DNA from: Paraspadella gotoi
Taxonomy: Eukaryota; Animalia; Chaetognatha
Direction: 5' to 3'
DNA: 64,000 nt
Assembly (NCBI GenBank): GCA_051294375.1
Contig: CM119266.1
Coordinates: forward strand, 11,341,212 to 11,405,211
Made by a program: the position numbers and the translations under genes. Positions 34,895 to 48,800 of this stretch are shown here, piece after piece. Numbering within the stretch: position 1 is the first letter of the stretch; each line of letters begins with the position of its first letter. The notes under the pieces are model-generated. The model did not search any database and was not told the origin of the DNA. It saw only the letters and a program-made list of their open reading frames with translations.

Positions 34895-35250
34895 TAGCCG
34901 ACGAAGGTCGGACAAAAGGGAAAGAATTTGTCGACAAAAGTAGGAGCAGACCACCGCACATGAATTGGCCGACAAAGGTAGCCGACAAAGAAAATAATTA
35001 GCCGACAAAGAATGAGCCGACAAAGAAAAGAAATGTGGCTGACAAAGAAAGAGCAGTCCGAAAGAAAAAAGCCGAACATTGGATGTTTTTCGCGACGAAA
35101 AAATAAAAATGACCGACGTACTTGAACCCCACTGCAAAAAACGCGACGACGCGAAAAAATATAAGAGAGAGCGCCCGTTCGGTGACAAAAGGGTCACCGC
35201 GAAGACGCCGCGGTCCCGTGGCCGACAAAAAACATCGGCGACAAAAGACG
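34895..35250 (+). repeat. Dispersed GCCGACAAA motif array (also 51575-51910)
   Basis: More than 10 copies of (G)CCGACAAA/CGACGAA separated by variable A-rich spacers. Confidence 0.7.
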
Positions 35251-36188
35251 GAGGAGAACCGGCGCGGCGCTCTTCTGGCCGTTGTTTGTGGGGGGGGGCG
35301 ATCGGATGCGAATAAAAAAGAACGCCAACCGAAAGGACGCCGGAGGACCGCCGACCGAAGTCGGAGAGCCTTTTTGTTACGCCGCGACGGCTATTTGCCG
35401 CGCGTCGTTCTTATAAGCGGTGTTGTCGTCGTTGTTGTCCGGTTGTTTCGTTCTTTTTGTCGTTAATCAGTAACCGAGTAAAGATGTCGCTTTCACTATT
35501 TTCCTTCGCAGATTTTGTTGTCATTGGGCGTCGTATCCGCCATCTTGTTTATTTGTATTTTATTTTCCTCGTCTTCTTTTGTTGTCGTAGTTGTCGTTTG
35601 TTCATCTTCTTCGCTTGTCAAGGGCTCAGCCTCGATGAATAGACGGAGGAAGGATGAAGACTGCAAAAGATGACAGATGATGAGAGAAATATTTTTCTCT
35701 TTTTTTTTCACGAGTGACTCACAACGAGGGCGGGTCTTCAGTTTTTTGGGCATGATCGGTATTTAGACGGACGATTGCTGACGAAAAAACGCTGAACTTA
35801 AAGTAGACAAAGGAAAAAACGATTAAATTCTCTATTTATCGTTGTGTTTCTTCTTTTTTTTTTTCTTCTTTTCTGCTTTCGAACCTTTTTTCCTCGCTTC
35901 AGTGTCGCCATCCCATTTCAATTCGCAGTTCGATTCAAGCCAAGGACGAATGTCTCTCTCTCTCCTCCCTCTCTCTCTCTCTCCTCCTCCTCCTCTCTCT
36001 CCTCCTCCCTTCCCTCTCTCTCTCTCTGCATCATATCGCGAATTTTAACGAGTTAAAATCGTGTTAAGAACCTGATGTAGGCGGGAACGACGACGACGCA
36101 CGACGACGACGATACGAATACGATGTCGACGAAGTCATTATGATAATGATTGATGATTATTATTAATTGAACACGAGAGAGAGAGAGA

Positions 36189-36257
<69 letters not shown>

Positions 36258-37540
36258 CGAGCGTCGAATGGCGTCGTTTGTATTATTTACTCGCTGCTGC
36301 TGTTTAACAAGAGTAGAAGAAAAACTTTATAACGAAATATAGAACCCAATTTCATAAACAATGTTCATTATAATCATCATTAATATCTTTTATTACAAAT
36401 ATCTCTGAATATTTTTTTTTAAAAATGACCCTATAATTTTGTTATTGATTACACAAACCCGCCAACCCACAGAATGGGAGAATCTTTTTCTGACCCATCC
36501 AACATTGTGGAGAAGCTGTTTAGCTTCCTCATAAGCAAACGGCAGAATATCGTCTGAGCCTACTCGGGCCGAACTCTTTCAACTCTCTCCAGCTCAAGGC
36601 CTGACGCCGACCGTGTTTTTCCAAAACAATCAGTAAAAAGGACAGTTTTATGGCCAAATAAACGCGTGACGTTCAGATCGAGAATGATTTTAAAATAAAT
36701 TCCCTAAGTCATAACACGTTTCGAGTAGTACTTCAAACTCTTCGTGAACAGTAATTTTATTGTTTACAACGAAATTCAGGTTTATTCTTCTTCATCTGAT
36801 TAATTTTCAGTTAGCGGATTAAGGCTTAGGTGCTAAATTATATAAGGTTAAAGGTCGGGTTTTAGGATGAACAATTATTAAAGTAGGATTTAGGTAAGGG
36901 GTAAGAATAGAAATTGGGTGCTTCGGAAAATAATGCCTCGGTAGGTGCGATTGTCGGGGGAATTGCGCGACTGGAGTTTGACAGATTTTTTTTTTTCAGT
37001 CTGTGTTCTATGTCGTGTCCACAGTCCGCGCGATAATTGACCCCCCCTACCCGAAGCCCCCCTCCCAAACATTGACGCCCCCTACCGAGCCCCCCCCAAA
37101 TCTCCTTCCGATGACGTTTTTAATCAAAGAAAAAAGGTTCTCCGTCCTGCCGCCTCATTCACGCGCCGCTGCCATCTCCCGGAATGATAAAAAATCTATA
37201 GAAGAAAAAAACAAATGAAACAGAGGCTGGATGGCTTTTTTTTACTATTTGCGTCATCGGAACCATATTAACTTTTCTTAATTAAGTACGACGGCTTCTC
37301 GCTCGCCTTCATCCGCTGCCAGGACAATTATGAAAAGAAAAAGTCGAAGAAACTCGATTAGTTACTGCTTTTTCTTCTGCTTTAAAGGCTATCTGACATT
37401 ATGACTTTTTAAAAAAAATTCTTATTACAATCATTCAATAACATATATTTTCAAAAAATATCATTTTTTCACTGAAATATTAAACAGAAAAAATGCTTCT
37501 CGTTCAAACTTCAAAATTTCAGATTAAATTTCCCATCACA

Positions 37541-39580
37541 TCACAAAATTTATTCAAATTCTTTCCAAAGTCTTCGCAATTCCTGTACGCCTTCACAATC
37601 TCGTCCAACTTCTTCACGTCTTCTCGGAGCAACAACTTGTCGAATGCTTCGACAGCCTCGAGCGCTCAAAGCGCATATGGCGCTTGCGTAGTCGTGCCGC
37701 GCCGCCGTTCGCACTCGGAACGGCGCCAAACCCCGCAAAACTGGCGAGAATCTTCTCCTTTCTCACAGTTGCGGCGCACGTACGCGCTCTTCGTAGGCCA
37801 TCCGGCAGATGTCGTCGGTCGTACTCGGGACCGGCGCTTTCAGCTCTCTCCAGCGTCAACGCCCCCGCCAGATAAAAGCATTAAGATAGTTTCGATCAAT
37901 GAAGAGTCGACCGACCAGCGCCGGCTTCCCCGATCTCGTCGCGAAGAACTTCTTTGTCCTTTGTTTGAAAATCCAAAGCCTTCCAACAAGCGAATCGGCC
38001 GCGCCCAGCCGGTCGGGGTCCTGGACGAGCTCTTTCAAACCGTGCCAGCATAACCGGCGGGTAAGTATTAACGTTGAAACTGACGTTTGGATACAACCGG
38101 CGATTGATCGAATTTGGACTGCCGAAGGTCAGGGCGTCGCTAAGGATTTCGGTTTGTGAAGCGGAGCCACGAGTTGAAGGCGGGATATTCGGTTTGCGGG
38201 TTGTGTGAAAGTAGGAAGTGACATGTTCAAGGATATATTGTCGGAAGGTCGGCAGCGGTCTGGGAGGGAAGTATAAGATGAAAAAAATGTTTGGAAATTT
38301 AGTTTTTTAGGATCTTTTAAAACTTTTAAAATTTTCTAACTAAACTACTTCGATACTTACAAGTAAAAATAAAACATGTTTTACATTACACAATACTTCC
38401 AAAATGCGTCATGTATACTACACCTTAAAATAAGTGAAGTATCGTAAGAATAACCAACAGGAGTTACTCGTTCGTAAGTTACGCTAGCACAACCAGAAGA
38501 CTACCCTCATTACGCCACGAACAAGATGAAGTTAATGGCTAAGAGTTACGCCAGGACGGCAGGAAAAGAGGTGCAGACGAAAAGAGACAGACTGAAGTAG
38601 TACCGCCGCGAAGGGATGATAACACTATGTCCCGAGGACGGTGTAAACACATATAGTAAACGCTGTAAAGGCAGCGAGAAAAACGAATAAAAAATAAAAG
38701 TGACACATAAGACAAAAAGATCAGACAATCCGGTGCATACAAAGAACAAAAAAAAACTACGGACAATACAGATAGACATACCGACAGGCAGACTTTTGAG
38801 CTTCAGACCAACCTTGCGGTTCGCAAATGGCCACGCTGCCCTGGCACATCCTCAAAGGCCTGCAGACATAAAGTGCTGCCCGCATTCGAGCCGGACTCGG
38901 CCTAAACGACCACCTTCTTTGTTCTTTGTTTCCGCGCTAGAGCTACTGTCCAATTCTGTCGCCATATCTTTCAAGATGCGTAAGGGAACGCATGGCGAAC
39001 TGCTTCCGCGTTGTCTCGGACGGAGTGGATAGGCCGAACACACCTCTGATGGTAGACGTCCCCACCCTAGGGTATGTGAAGAAATCGTATCATTATTCAT
39101 GCTATAATCAGAAACATGAACCAATAACTACGGAACTCATCTAATCCGCTGTTCCATACTAACTTTAAGCATACATATACAATTTTTGCCATGTCTTTGA
39201 TTAGAAATTAAAAAATTACTATATAAAACTAAACTCGCCCCATAAGTTGTCTCTGGTGGCCGTCGTCCCGTACGAACATCGCCTCCTTCTTGCGTCAGAT
39301 TGGTACAAATGCACGGCGGATCTGACCACACGAACGTTCGCGCGTCCTCATACCGCGCATGGACCATGAGACATTGTTTCCTTGCACGGAGCCGACGTAC
39401 TTCGCGGATCTTGAAACCTCCATAGTACGGCGACGCACTTCAAACCAAGGCCGTCGAGGCGGTTGTTTCGAAAGAAATGCGAGCATATGAGGTCCAACGC
39501 CAAAGAGTCTGAGCGGCAAGAAGGACCGAGAAGTCGGACGAGGGAAGCGGAAGACCGTTGACCAGATGTCCCTCGGCCAT
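37541..39580 (-). CDS. Sulfotransferase-fold (P-loop) protein gene, copy 1, frameshifted by indel noise
   Basis: Exon-by-exon collinear with 54126-56142; ATG at 39580-39578; many indels. Confidence 0.7.
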
Positions 39581-41534
39581 TGGAGTTTTCTTCTATAAAC
39601 GGATTTAGTTTATCGGAAATAAAAGTGTGATAACCTTTAAATAAATCCTTGAGTTTAGGTTTTACCGAAATGAATGATATAAACTATGTACGTTATTCAA
39701 TTCGAATCAACGACTTAAATATCCTTTCCTGGAGAACAACACTTTTTCTTAAATAAAGTCATACACGGATAAACGACAGATTTAAGAAACTCCGTCCAGT
39801 GTGAATCTTATCTGTGTCCGGCCGAATGAAAGGGAAGCGAACAACGAGGTTTATATTATTTAATACAGCAGAGTTACGATTATTATCACCATTATAATTT
39901 TTCATACTAACTTATGAATTTAATCCTTAGATAAATTGGTCACTATTACTTTGCCAATACCCACAGATTGACAAAATATTTTGCCGGGTCCAGTTTCGCC
40001 ACTAATACTTTATATGAATTCCTGGAATAAATTTCAATAAACAACTCTCTGCCCTTTTGTACGATATTACCCCAATCTTGTACCCAATTCGATCTGTCAT
40101 CGTTAAAGTATTTTTTTATTTTTGAATAATTACTTTATCAAACGGTATTCCGCATTTAGAAAAAAACATGTTCGTTAAAACTGATTATAATTAAAGAAAT
40201 AACAATTAAATGAAAGAATCCACAAAGATTTGATGCATCACGCATAAACGGGGTTAAAACCGAAAGGAATATGCTTAACGTTACCGCGTTGGAATTCGAG
40301 AATTTCAGTTCATCTTTGCTTCGTTATAATTTCCCTAATAATTTTTTTGTTCGCATACGGATGAATTCAGAGATAAATAAGACCTTTTTCAACTGGTTTA
40401 TCTGAATTTATGATTATGTCTCCGGGTATGGCGGCACGGAAATGAAATGAAACAGTCTTCTATGAAAATCTTTGAGAACAGTATTTAGTTTGTTTTTACT
40501 TTCCTTTTTCGATAATCTTGCCTTTTTATCATAAATTTTAGTATTCTATTGATACGGACTCCAATATTCTGCTGACAATGGTTTACAGACGGCAACTATA
40601 CCATTCAACCTTGCTGAAGAAATTAATAGGTACTCTACTCTTTCATCTCTCTCTTTNNNNNNNNNNNNNNNNNNNNNNNNNGAAAAAATGACAGGCTATT
40701 TGGATAATATCCTTGCAGGCGGCTGCGTCGACGGCGGCGGCTGCGTCGGCTAGGCTGCGGACTGAGGCAGAAACGGACGAAACGAAGAAGAAGAGGAAAA
40801 CGAAATATTACGGACGTTAATAAAAATTGTACGGAAGATTTGAACTGTGGACGTTCGATTGTTTAGGTAACGAATAAATAGGTGGCACAGATGGCAGCAC
40901 CACTGCCCTGTGATGTTTTCACTCTGATGGATTGATTGACTTTAGTCGATTTTATTCAATCCATATCATTATCTTTCTCTCTTTCTTCACTTACACTCTT
41001 TGCCGTATTTTTAGAGTTGTGCCAACTTTTGCATTTTGGTTGCCTGTCTCTTTTCCATTTAAACCGTATATTTCTGACAAGGCCATTAAATCCCAATATC
41101 CTTTAAGTATTATTATTATAAATTATTCTTTATGATAATGTTATCATTTAGTTTATCTTCTTTCGTAACAATTCCTTCCTCATTCGGAATAAATTAAAAA
41201 TCTCTCACCACAACTCACCACTTTTTACAACCACCTTTCATCCTCCTAACCCCCTCTCCCACCTCCATATACCACCTCCTTCCGCCCCGCCTAACCCCTA
41301 TTACCCCCCCTCCAACCATCCCGTGGCCTACGGCCACCACCAGCGTCATAAACTTCTCGCTCCGCTCCAAGATCGACGAGTTCACTTTCCTTCGCCCTTC
41401 TTTCGTTCGGCTGGAGACACCTTACCTCCCCGCAAACCCTTACCACACACAACGTCACGCGGCACGACGTTGCTGCAGACGCACCAACATCCCTTCAACT
41501 TCGGGGAAGACTGGCCGAACGTTCTTTCCCGGAG

Positions 41535-41900
41535 GACGGAGATCTGCACGGCGTTTGCTGGGCGGCGGCCGTGCACGATGTAGACCATCCGGGTAGAGAA
41601 GAGAGAGAGAGAGGAGAGATTTGAGATGAAGAGAGAGAGAGGAGAGAGGACAAGAGAGAGAGTGAGACTTTGAAGACGGAGATCTGCAGCGTTGCTGGCG
41701 GCCGGCAAGACAATATTATTCCTGTCCCACCGTGCACGATGTTAGACCATCCGGGTGAGCAGAGAGAGAGAGAGAGAAATGACGAGAGGAGAGAGTCGAT
41801 AGAGAGAGGGAGAGAGAGAGAGGAAAGAGAGAGACTGAGACGGAGATCCGCAGGCCGTGCTGGCGGCGCCGGTGCACGAGAGTTAGACCATCCGGGGTTT

Positions 41901-41970
<70 letters not shown>

Positions 41971-42380
41971 TGAGAAGACGAGACGTGATCATTGCGAATC
42001 GTGCTGTTTAGCATCAGCGGAACCGGTTGACGAATGTTAGAAAAATTGCTCGAATATTCTTCGGCGTCGGAGAAACAGGAGAGAGAGAGAGAGGAGAGGA
42101 GAGAGAGAGATGAAGGAGAAGAGAGAGATGAGAGAGAGAGAGACTGGAGACCGGCGTAGGAGAAGACTGAAGACGGAGCATCTGCACGGCGTTGCTGGCG
42201 GCTGGCCGTGCACGAGATAGACCATCCGGGTGAGAGAGAGAAGAGATGAGAGAGAGACTGAGAGCGAGAGAGAGAGAGAGAGACAGGGCTGGAGAATGAA
42301 GGAGAGACTGAAGACGGAGATTCTGCACGGCGCAGCGTTGCTGGCGGCGCCGTGCACGATGTAGACCATTCCGGCGTAGA
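41535..42380 (+). repeat. Array of five ~62-bp hairpin-forming units separated by (GA)n spacers
   Basis: Unit GACGGAGATCTGCACGGCGTTGCTGGCGGCGGCCGTGCACGATGTAGACCATCCGGGT at ~41535, 41675, 41838, 42172 and 42313; internal inverted repeat TGCACGGC/GCCGTGCA. Confidence 0.85.
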
Positions 42381-42434
42381 GACGAGAGAGAGAGAGAGAC
42401 GAGAGAGAGAGAAGAGAGAGTGAGAGAGAGAGAT

Positions 42435-42467
<33 letters not shown>

Positions 42468-45037
42468 AGAGAGAAATGAGAGAGAGGAACAGAGAGAAGA
42501 GAGAGAGGAGAATGAGAGAGAGAGAGATGAGAGAGGAGGCAAGAGTTGACTTTCCCTCCACTAATCTCGTCGCTGATTCGTCCAGCCGCGACTCAGCGCG
42601 GACTTCCTCGGCGGCGGAGTAAGTCCGCTCCTGATCGCTCGTCTTGCCGCGAAGGAAGAGGATTCTCTTCCTCTCTTCTCTCTCTCTCTCTCCTTCGCTT
42701 CCTTCTTTCGCGCGTCTTTCTCACGAATTTCGGGAGAAATTTATTATTTCTCATGAAAAATCAATGTCAATAGGTAAATAGAAATAAAAAAATAAAAATA
42801 AAATGGCATAATTTTACTTTTACCGACGGGAGTAGTTAGGATTAGAAGGGTTTATGGTTAGGGTAATTCGGTGATAATTTTTAAAAAATGTTTAAATAAA
42901 TATTTTAAGTAGTTTTTCAAAAAACGCCAAAACCCCGGTCGGCGAAAGTAAAATTTTAACAATAAAATTATCGAATTTTTTTCATAATTTTTAATTTTGT
43001 ATTATTATTTTACTTTGGTTCGTCATCGTCAGTCTGGTTCAAGTTTAACTTTGTCTTTTGTCTGGGAATGATGACAGTGTTTAGAGAGGTCGCGTTCGAT
43101 CACACTGCTCGCTTATGCGGGCCAAAAGTAAAACAAATGTTCCTTCAATAATGTCTCTCCAGACTTACCATTTACTACAGTTATACATAAATTAAAGGTG
43201 AAAAAAAAGACCACAAAAAAATGCTTCAATTATAAATACATTTCACTGCTCTTCAATAAATTATATTTTCATACGGATTTGAGACTTTAAAAAAGATAAA
43301 CCTTATAAACCATCTTGATGAGGTTAAAAGATTGTTTATCAAATTGAAATTATCATATTGTGTTGGGAAGCATATTTTACTATATATGCTTTATTCTTTT
43401 TTCACTATAAAAAAATTAGCTAAAGAATGCATTACCACTTATAAAAGAAATTTCTGCAGGTATCTCAACTTAAAAATATTCATCCTTCCTCAAGAATATT
43501 TTTTTAAGTTTTTATTTTAGATGTGATTATTGTAACCTTGATCCTCATCCTCCTCTTCCCATCCCTCTTCCGAGGAGCCGTACCTTTTTTTAGTCCAGTC
43601 TTCGCGAGCCTCGAGTTCTACTAACTTCCTTTTTTTCTAATACTATTCCGGCCTGGGACTTTTCCTCAATAAACATTATCGTCGCGATATACGTCTTCTT
43701 CTTCAGGTAACATTTTTTTTGCGTGTTCTTTTGCTTGGTTTTCGTCGGGCTTACCACTTTGGTAAATGACTTAGCAGGAATTTAAAGAAGAAAATAAGAA
43801 TACGTTTCATGAATTTTTTTACAACATGTAATGATAAAAATCATTTTCAGAGAGAAAAACGACAATAACAAAAAGAGAAAAGACAATAGTAAAAATAACA
43901 ATAAGAGTCGAAACGAATCTAGTGGTCAGTTAACTATTTGACCTTGTTGTCACCAAACATTGTAACATTTAAAAAGCACGAGAAAATAATAAAAAATAGA
44001 AAAGCAAAAACTTAGAGAGAGAGAGAAAAAAGAGCCTGAGCGGTATTTTCGCGGATCTTTCGCACCCTAGACCCGCGACAAATCGACCGTCGGTAGAGAA
44101 AGGAAGAGGATCTCGCTCATTATTCGAGAGTCACCGACGCGGATGACCTCCGACCTTCGACCGGCGGTAAGAAGAGTGAAGGAGCGGAAGGAGAGGGAAG
44201 CCTTTTGGCGCCCGCCGGCTCGGTCGATTGTCGACCAACCCCATGAGAGAGAGAGAGAGATGAGAACGAGCAGAGAGAAGAGAAAATCATTGACGCATTG
44301 TGTCCTTGAAAACGCGTTTTTAGCCACGAATTAAAAAAAAAGCATTTTTTTTAAAAAAAATGCCGGTTGAGGTCTCCACGGGTCATCGCGAACCGCGCAT
44401 CGCTTCGAAATTGCGCCGTTGACTTTGCACCGCGCCCCCTCTCTCCTTTTTTTTCTATTTTTACGCGTCGGACAGAGGGCGGTTTTATCGAGAGCGACTA
44501 ATCCAGAGAGCTCCGTTCGCTTTCGGTCGCAAAAGTGGGCGCGGCTAAACGGAAACGCGCGGCGCCATCTCGTTCCTTCTCGCCCGCGCGACCCAAAACT
44601 TCCTTTGTTATTCCGGGTTTTTTTTTCTGGTTGGGGCGAATAATTCATTCGGCGAAACTCTCGCCTCATAACTTCCTAGAGCCGTGGGGGTAAGGGGACT
44701 ATGCTGGGCACGAGTGATACCAAATGGACTAAATTTCCGGATAAATCCTCTTTTTAAGCAAAAACAACTTTTTCTCATATGCTGATTATCATATGAAGCC
44801 CTCTGAAGTTGTTGGAAAAGTTCAAAATGTTTAAGATTGTTTGAAAAAAATATGGGAGAACAAAATTCATTAACCAACAAATTTGGTTCTTAAGAAATTA
44901 ATTGATGGTAGATTGAACGAATTTGAATTTTAATAAATTTGAACATTATGCGTTACCATCCCTTTTCTTTTTCCAGTTTTTCGATATAGGTATTAGAGAC
45001 AGCAAAGAATTTTGAATTAACAACGATTTTTTATTAA

Positions 45038-45085
45038 GTAGTTGACAGTGTTCGCTTGCTTATTCAAGCCTTCATCAGCAATATC
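45038..45085 (-). ncRNA. Minimal type I hammerhead ribozyme in the inverted pLTR
   Basis: Minus strand reads TATTG CTGATGA A GGCTTG aataag CAAGC GAA CACTG TC AAC: core, stem II, GAA(A) and UC site, with read-noise deviations. Confidence 0.75.
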
Positions 45086-45574
45086 ATTCTAATTAATAAA
45101 TTTTGTTGCAAAAGTAAAGAGTGTGAGAGATGAGAGAGAGAGAGGATGAGGTAAAAGTATTTTCCAACAAAGGTGGTGAGACAGAAATATTGCGTCAGAT
45201 GTGAGACCAGATTGAAGGCTAGGACAGATTTGAGTGAGTGCCTGAAAAGAAGTGAAACTTGTTAAAGAGAGAGACGAGAGAGAGAGAGAGAGGATGAGAG
45301 AGAGAGAATGTAGAATACTAAAAAAACAAACAGAGATATAATTACAATAATAAAGAACATTTTTGCAATGTACAACAAGATTAATAAAGGAGTTTGAAAA
45401 AACTAACATTGGGAGAAAAATTTTAATCATTTAACATAAGTGAATAAATGAAGTAATTAGCTAAGGGCATAGTTAAGTGAAAATGAAATATAAGAAAAGA
45501 AAGTAGTTTTTAGTGTAGCTTATAATTAAGAGATAAGATAAGTTGAAATTCAAGGAAAGAAAGAGCTCAAGGAT

Positions 45575-47790
45575 GAGCTATAAATCTCAGTGGCTGATGA
45601 AGATATTCATTGTTACGTAAGGCTTTGTCCTCTTCTGTTCCCAATCGCCTTTCAAAATTCCCGCTAATTTGCCTCATTGTCGCGAGTTGAATACCCAGCG
45701 AGCGAGACTCCTGATCCAATGCAAGCCCTGAAGCGGCATGGCAACCCTTCGGGCGGCGGCGGCGCGGTGTGCTCAATGCCAGTACAGAGCTCCCCCCCCG
45801 CCAAATGTCAACGCGGTTTTAAAGGGTGGGAGCGCAAGGCCATTGACCTCACTTCAAGCGCAGATCAGGCCATCATGGTTCATCCCGCTGGATAGAGGGG
45901 AGAGCTCCAGGGTAATCATGCGACGCCCATGATTACAAAGACAAGGTACGAAAAATGTTGGCCAGATCCAAACGATCATCCCTCCTGCCAAAGGACCCAC
46001 ACCCTTAACCTACGAGGGCTCGGATCCAGACCGTGGGTGACGTGAGAGACGAATACTGAATACGCTCCCCGTTCAGTATTTCACAGATCAATCCTGACTC
46101 AACGCAGGCCTCCTTTGTTCTTCGGTCAGCCGAAGGACATAAGCCCGATTTACCATACGCCGATCGTTTCAGCCCGCAATTCCATTTCAAGGAATGTGTC
46201 GAAGGAAGTTGGGTCGGGCATACTCACTCCGTTGTCGAACCAACACCACCTCAGAAATTCTCTTGCATCTGACAGAAAAGTTTGCATGAGGACTGCACAA
46301 AGTGCCCGATACTCATCTCTTGTTCTCGTGGCGATTCTACAAGCATTGGTTTACGAACATTCCCCCAAAGACTTGGCGTTAGCTTCCGCAGAGCGCCCTT
46401 TGGGGAAGATCCTGGTCTATTGCCACGAGCGTTACGCCAATCCAATTTGGATTGATATCATGCGCATTTGCTTGCCGGAGTCTGGACCTGAACTGGCGTA
46501 ACTTCAGGTTCGATGGACTAATATTATGGGCCAGACCTGGTGGCTAGGGTATGGGCAATTATCACGTCAAAGTCCTTCTAGCAGAAATTTATTAATATGG
46601 AGGACTATTGAGGTGGAAGCTTTTGCCCTCTTTAAGTCGTGATTGTTGCATGGTGACGCAGAAGTCAGTCCTCTTCTGGATATCGTTTTAAAGCAGACCG
46701 ATACCATTCTGGCTGCTGCGCAAGACCTCATTTGAGGAATCCTACTAATTACCAACCTGAAGATCAGCATCCATGTGCTGGATCAATGTGGACATGCCTG
46801 AGAGGGAGGTAATGGGTCAATTCCCAATGCTCGAGTGTGTTGATTCAACCGCAAAGAGGGCGGCTCATTGAATTCTCGAGTATATTCGCAAACCGACCAC
46901 ACCGCGTGACCATACATTCCCTTCATCTCACATGCTCCTTGTCTCACAAGCTCGCCACGCGTCGATCCGCTACCAGGAGAAGCTGCACTGATTCGTCGAC
47001 CTCCGAGCTCAGGCCGCGAGCTTGAGCACATCAAAAGAGCCTTGCGTATTCAGAATGGCTACCCATTGTGCGGCCTTCGAGAAGGCTATAGGTTTTATCG
47101 CCGCGCCTGCGGCTGAGGACAGTTGGCCAACCAGGGGCTGTCCAAGTAACCGCTGACGCAGCAGGTTCTACCTCCACCCCCCAGGAGGCCAGAAACGGGA
47201 GCTTGCTGCCTGCAAGAGGCGACCGCGCCCACCACAGCGCAAAGTGGAAGATAAGCAGAAGCCGCCCAAGGAACGTGGGTCCACTTGTCCCTCCACCTAC
47301 ACCAGGGGATCACTGAAGCTTTGGTTGCCGCGTGCTGCAAAGCAGGAGATCTCACTTCAGTGCACGGCCCGCGGCTCCCTTACCGTGAGCAATTGGTGTG
47401 AAACCGAATAATAAAATCCCCAGGACCGAAAAACATCATGAGCCGTCTACGCGGCGGCGCCTGTCAGGGGTGGGGGGCAACCAATCCTGGTGCGAGCAGC
47501 ATACGGGGAGAGACATGGAAAGCTCTCTGACAGAGTCGATGTCCTGAACAACAACCAAAAAAACCTTACCGTGACGCCCAGAGGTCACGTATTTTGTCCG
47601 CAATTAGCTTGAACATCAGCAGACACAGGCCATCTGTTCAGGGAATTCAGACTGCTCGTGCTTTGTCCCATGACTCCGAACTGGTTCTCAAGAGGTATTA
47701 GAGAGGCAATATACATCAAAGCCCTCTTCGAGCCCTCTTCTTGCAACACGATGATGGAGGACGTTTCGATCTCCCTCCAAGCTAATGATT
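45575..47790 (+). pseudogene. Penelope-type reverse transcriptase + GIY-YIG endonuclease ORF, frameshifted as assembled
   Basis: Motifs recovered across frames: ERKAI..L.ADQAIMV.PA(D)RG (PADKG motif, ~45830-45900); PPLFFGQPK.HKPDLP.(R)PIVSARNS (~46110-46180); FTNIP (~46350); GMG (~46550); QNGYP (47051); Y.GET.....R (~47500); NWFSRGIREAIYIKA (47680-47723). Confidence 0.88.
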
Positions 47791-48751
47791 CGCCTTATCA
47801 AAAGCGTGGTGGAAGCCAACCGCCGCCCACCACGCTCCGCACCAATGACTCCCCTATCTCCCACTCAAGAGACAGGCAGGAGACCCTTGCCGCAGGCAAT
47901 GGGCAAACGATGCTCTCTCCCTCTTATGCAGCAACTTCAGTCCCTCCCGTCTGCGGACTGCAGCGGCGGCCCAAAGCGTACGCGGACTTTCAGGAGGAGG
48001 TGCAGAGGAGTCCGTCACTCCTTGTCACAAAAAGTCGGCAAGAACGGAAACCGCCCACCTCGTCAAGGCAGGCGAGGAGAGGGCAGCCGGCAAGGCGTAT
48101 CAGGCCAAAGAACATAAGAGTAGCCCTGCGGTTAATCTAATTCCGCAAGATCGCTTTTCCCAATCCCATTTATCATCAGTTTCGGTTCATACTCTCCTTC
48201 TCAGCCACTGACCACGCCAATGGACCCGTCATCATCGTCCTTGATCCTTCATTTGCCATAAAACCAAGCGCTGGGCCAGCCTCACTTTTGAGCTCTTCTT
48301 TTCCTTGAATTCACTTTCTTAATCTCTTAATTTATCAAAATAAAACAAAAACCTACTTTTCTTTCAATATTTTCTATTTTCACTTCTAAACTTCCCTTAG
48401 CTATCATACTTATTTATTCACTAGTTAAACTAGTTAAATTTCTCCAATTGTTAGTTTTTTCAAACTTCCTTTATCTTTGGTTGTACATTGCAAAAATGTA
48501 TCTTTATTATTTATTTATCTGCTGTTCGTTTTAGTTTCTCTTCTCTCCTCTCTTCTCTCACTCTCTCTCTCTCTTTAACAAGTTCACTCTTTTCACAACT
48601 TCACTCAATCTGTCCTCTACCTCAACTGTCCTCACATCTGACCACTATTCTGTCTCACACTTTTGTTGCGAAAAACTTTCTACCCTCTCTCTCTTTCTCT
48701 CTCTCTCTCTCACACTCTTCTTTTTGACAACAAATTTTATTACTTGAAATA

Positions 48752-48800
48752 TCATATGCTGATGAAGCTGTGAATAAACAAGCCGAACCATGTCCAACTT
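48752..48800 (+). ncRNA. Minimal type I hammerhead ribozyme in the 3' pLTR
   Basis: ATATG CTGATGA A GCTGTG aataaa CAAGCC GAAC CATG TC CAA. The consensus with the left copy is CTGATGAAGGCTTG-loop-CAAGCCGAAACATGTCCAA, followed by AATAAA. Confidence 0.75.

Larger units (their letters stand above)
32285..40230 (+). repeat. Segmental duplicate C, copy 1 (lacks the 4.77-kb transposon insertion)
   Basis: 32285-32632 matches 44350-44700 and 32633-40230 matches 49476-56790. Confidence 0.92.

Noticed and set aside
36812-36910. Telomere or interstitial telomeric repeat
   Set aside because: Highly degenerate with almost no exact TTAGGG units; better explained as an internal tract of a dispersed repeat.
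40885-40900. CTCF-like motif GCACAGATGGCAGCAC
   Set aside because: Single partial match next to a gap; not supportable without chromatin data.
45593-45605. CTGATGA hammerhead core word (similar words at 57532 and GTGATGAGGCC at 28952)
   Set aside because: No convincing stem II + GAAA + UH arrangement; the 45593 word lies within the Penelope coding region.
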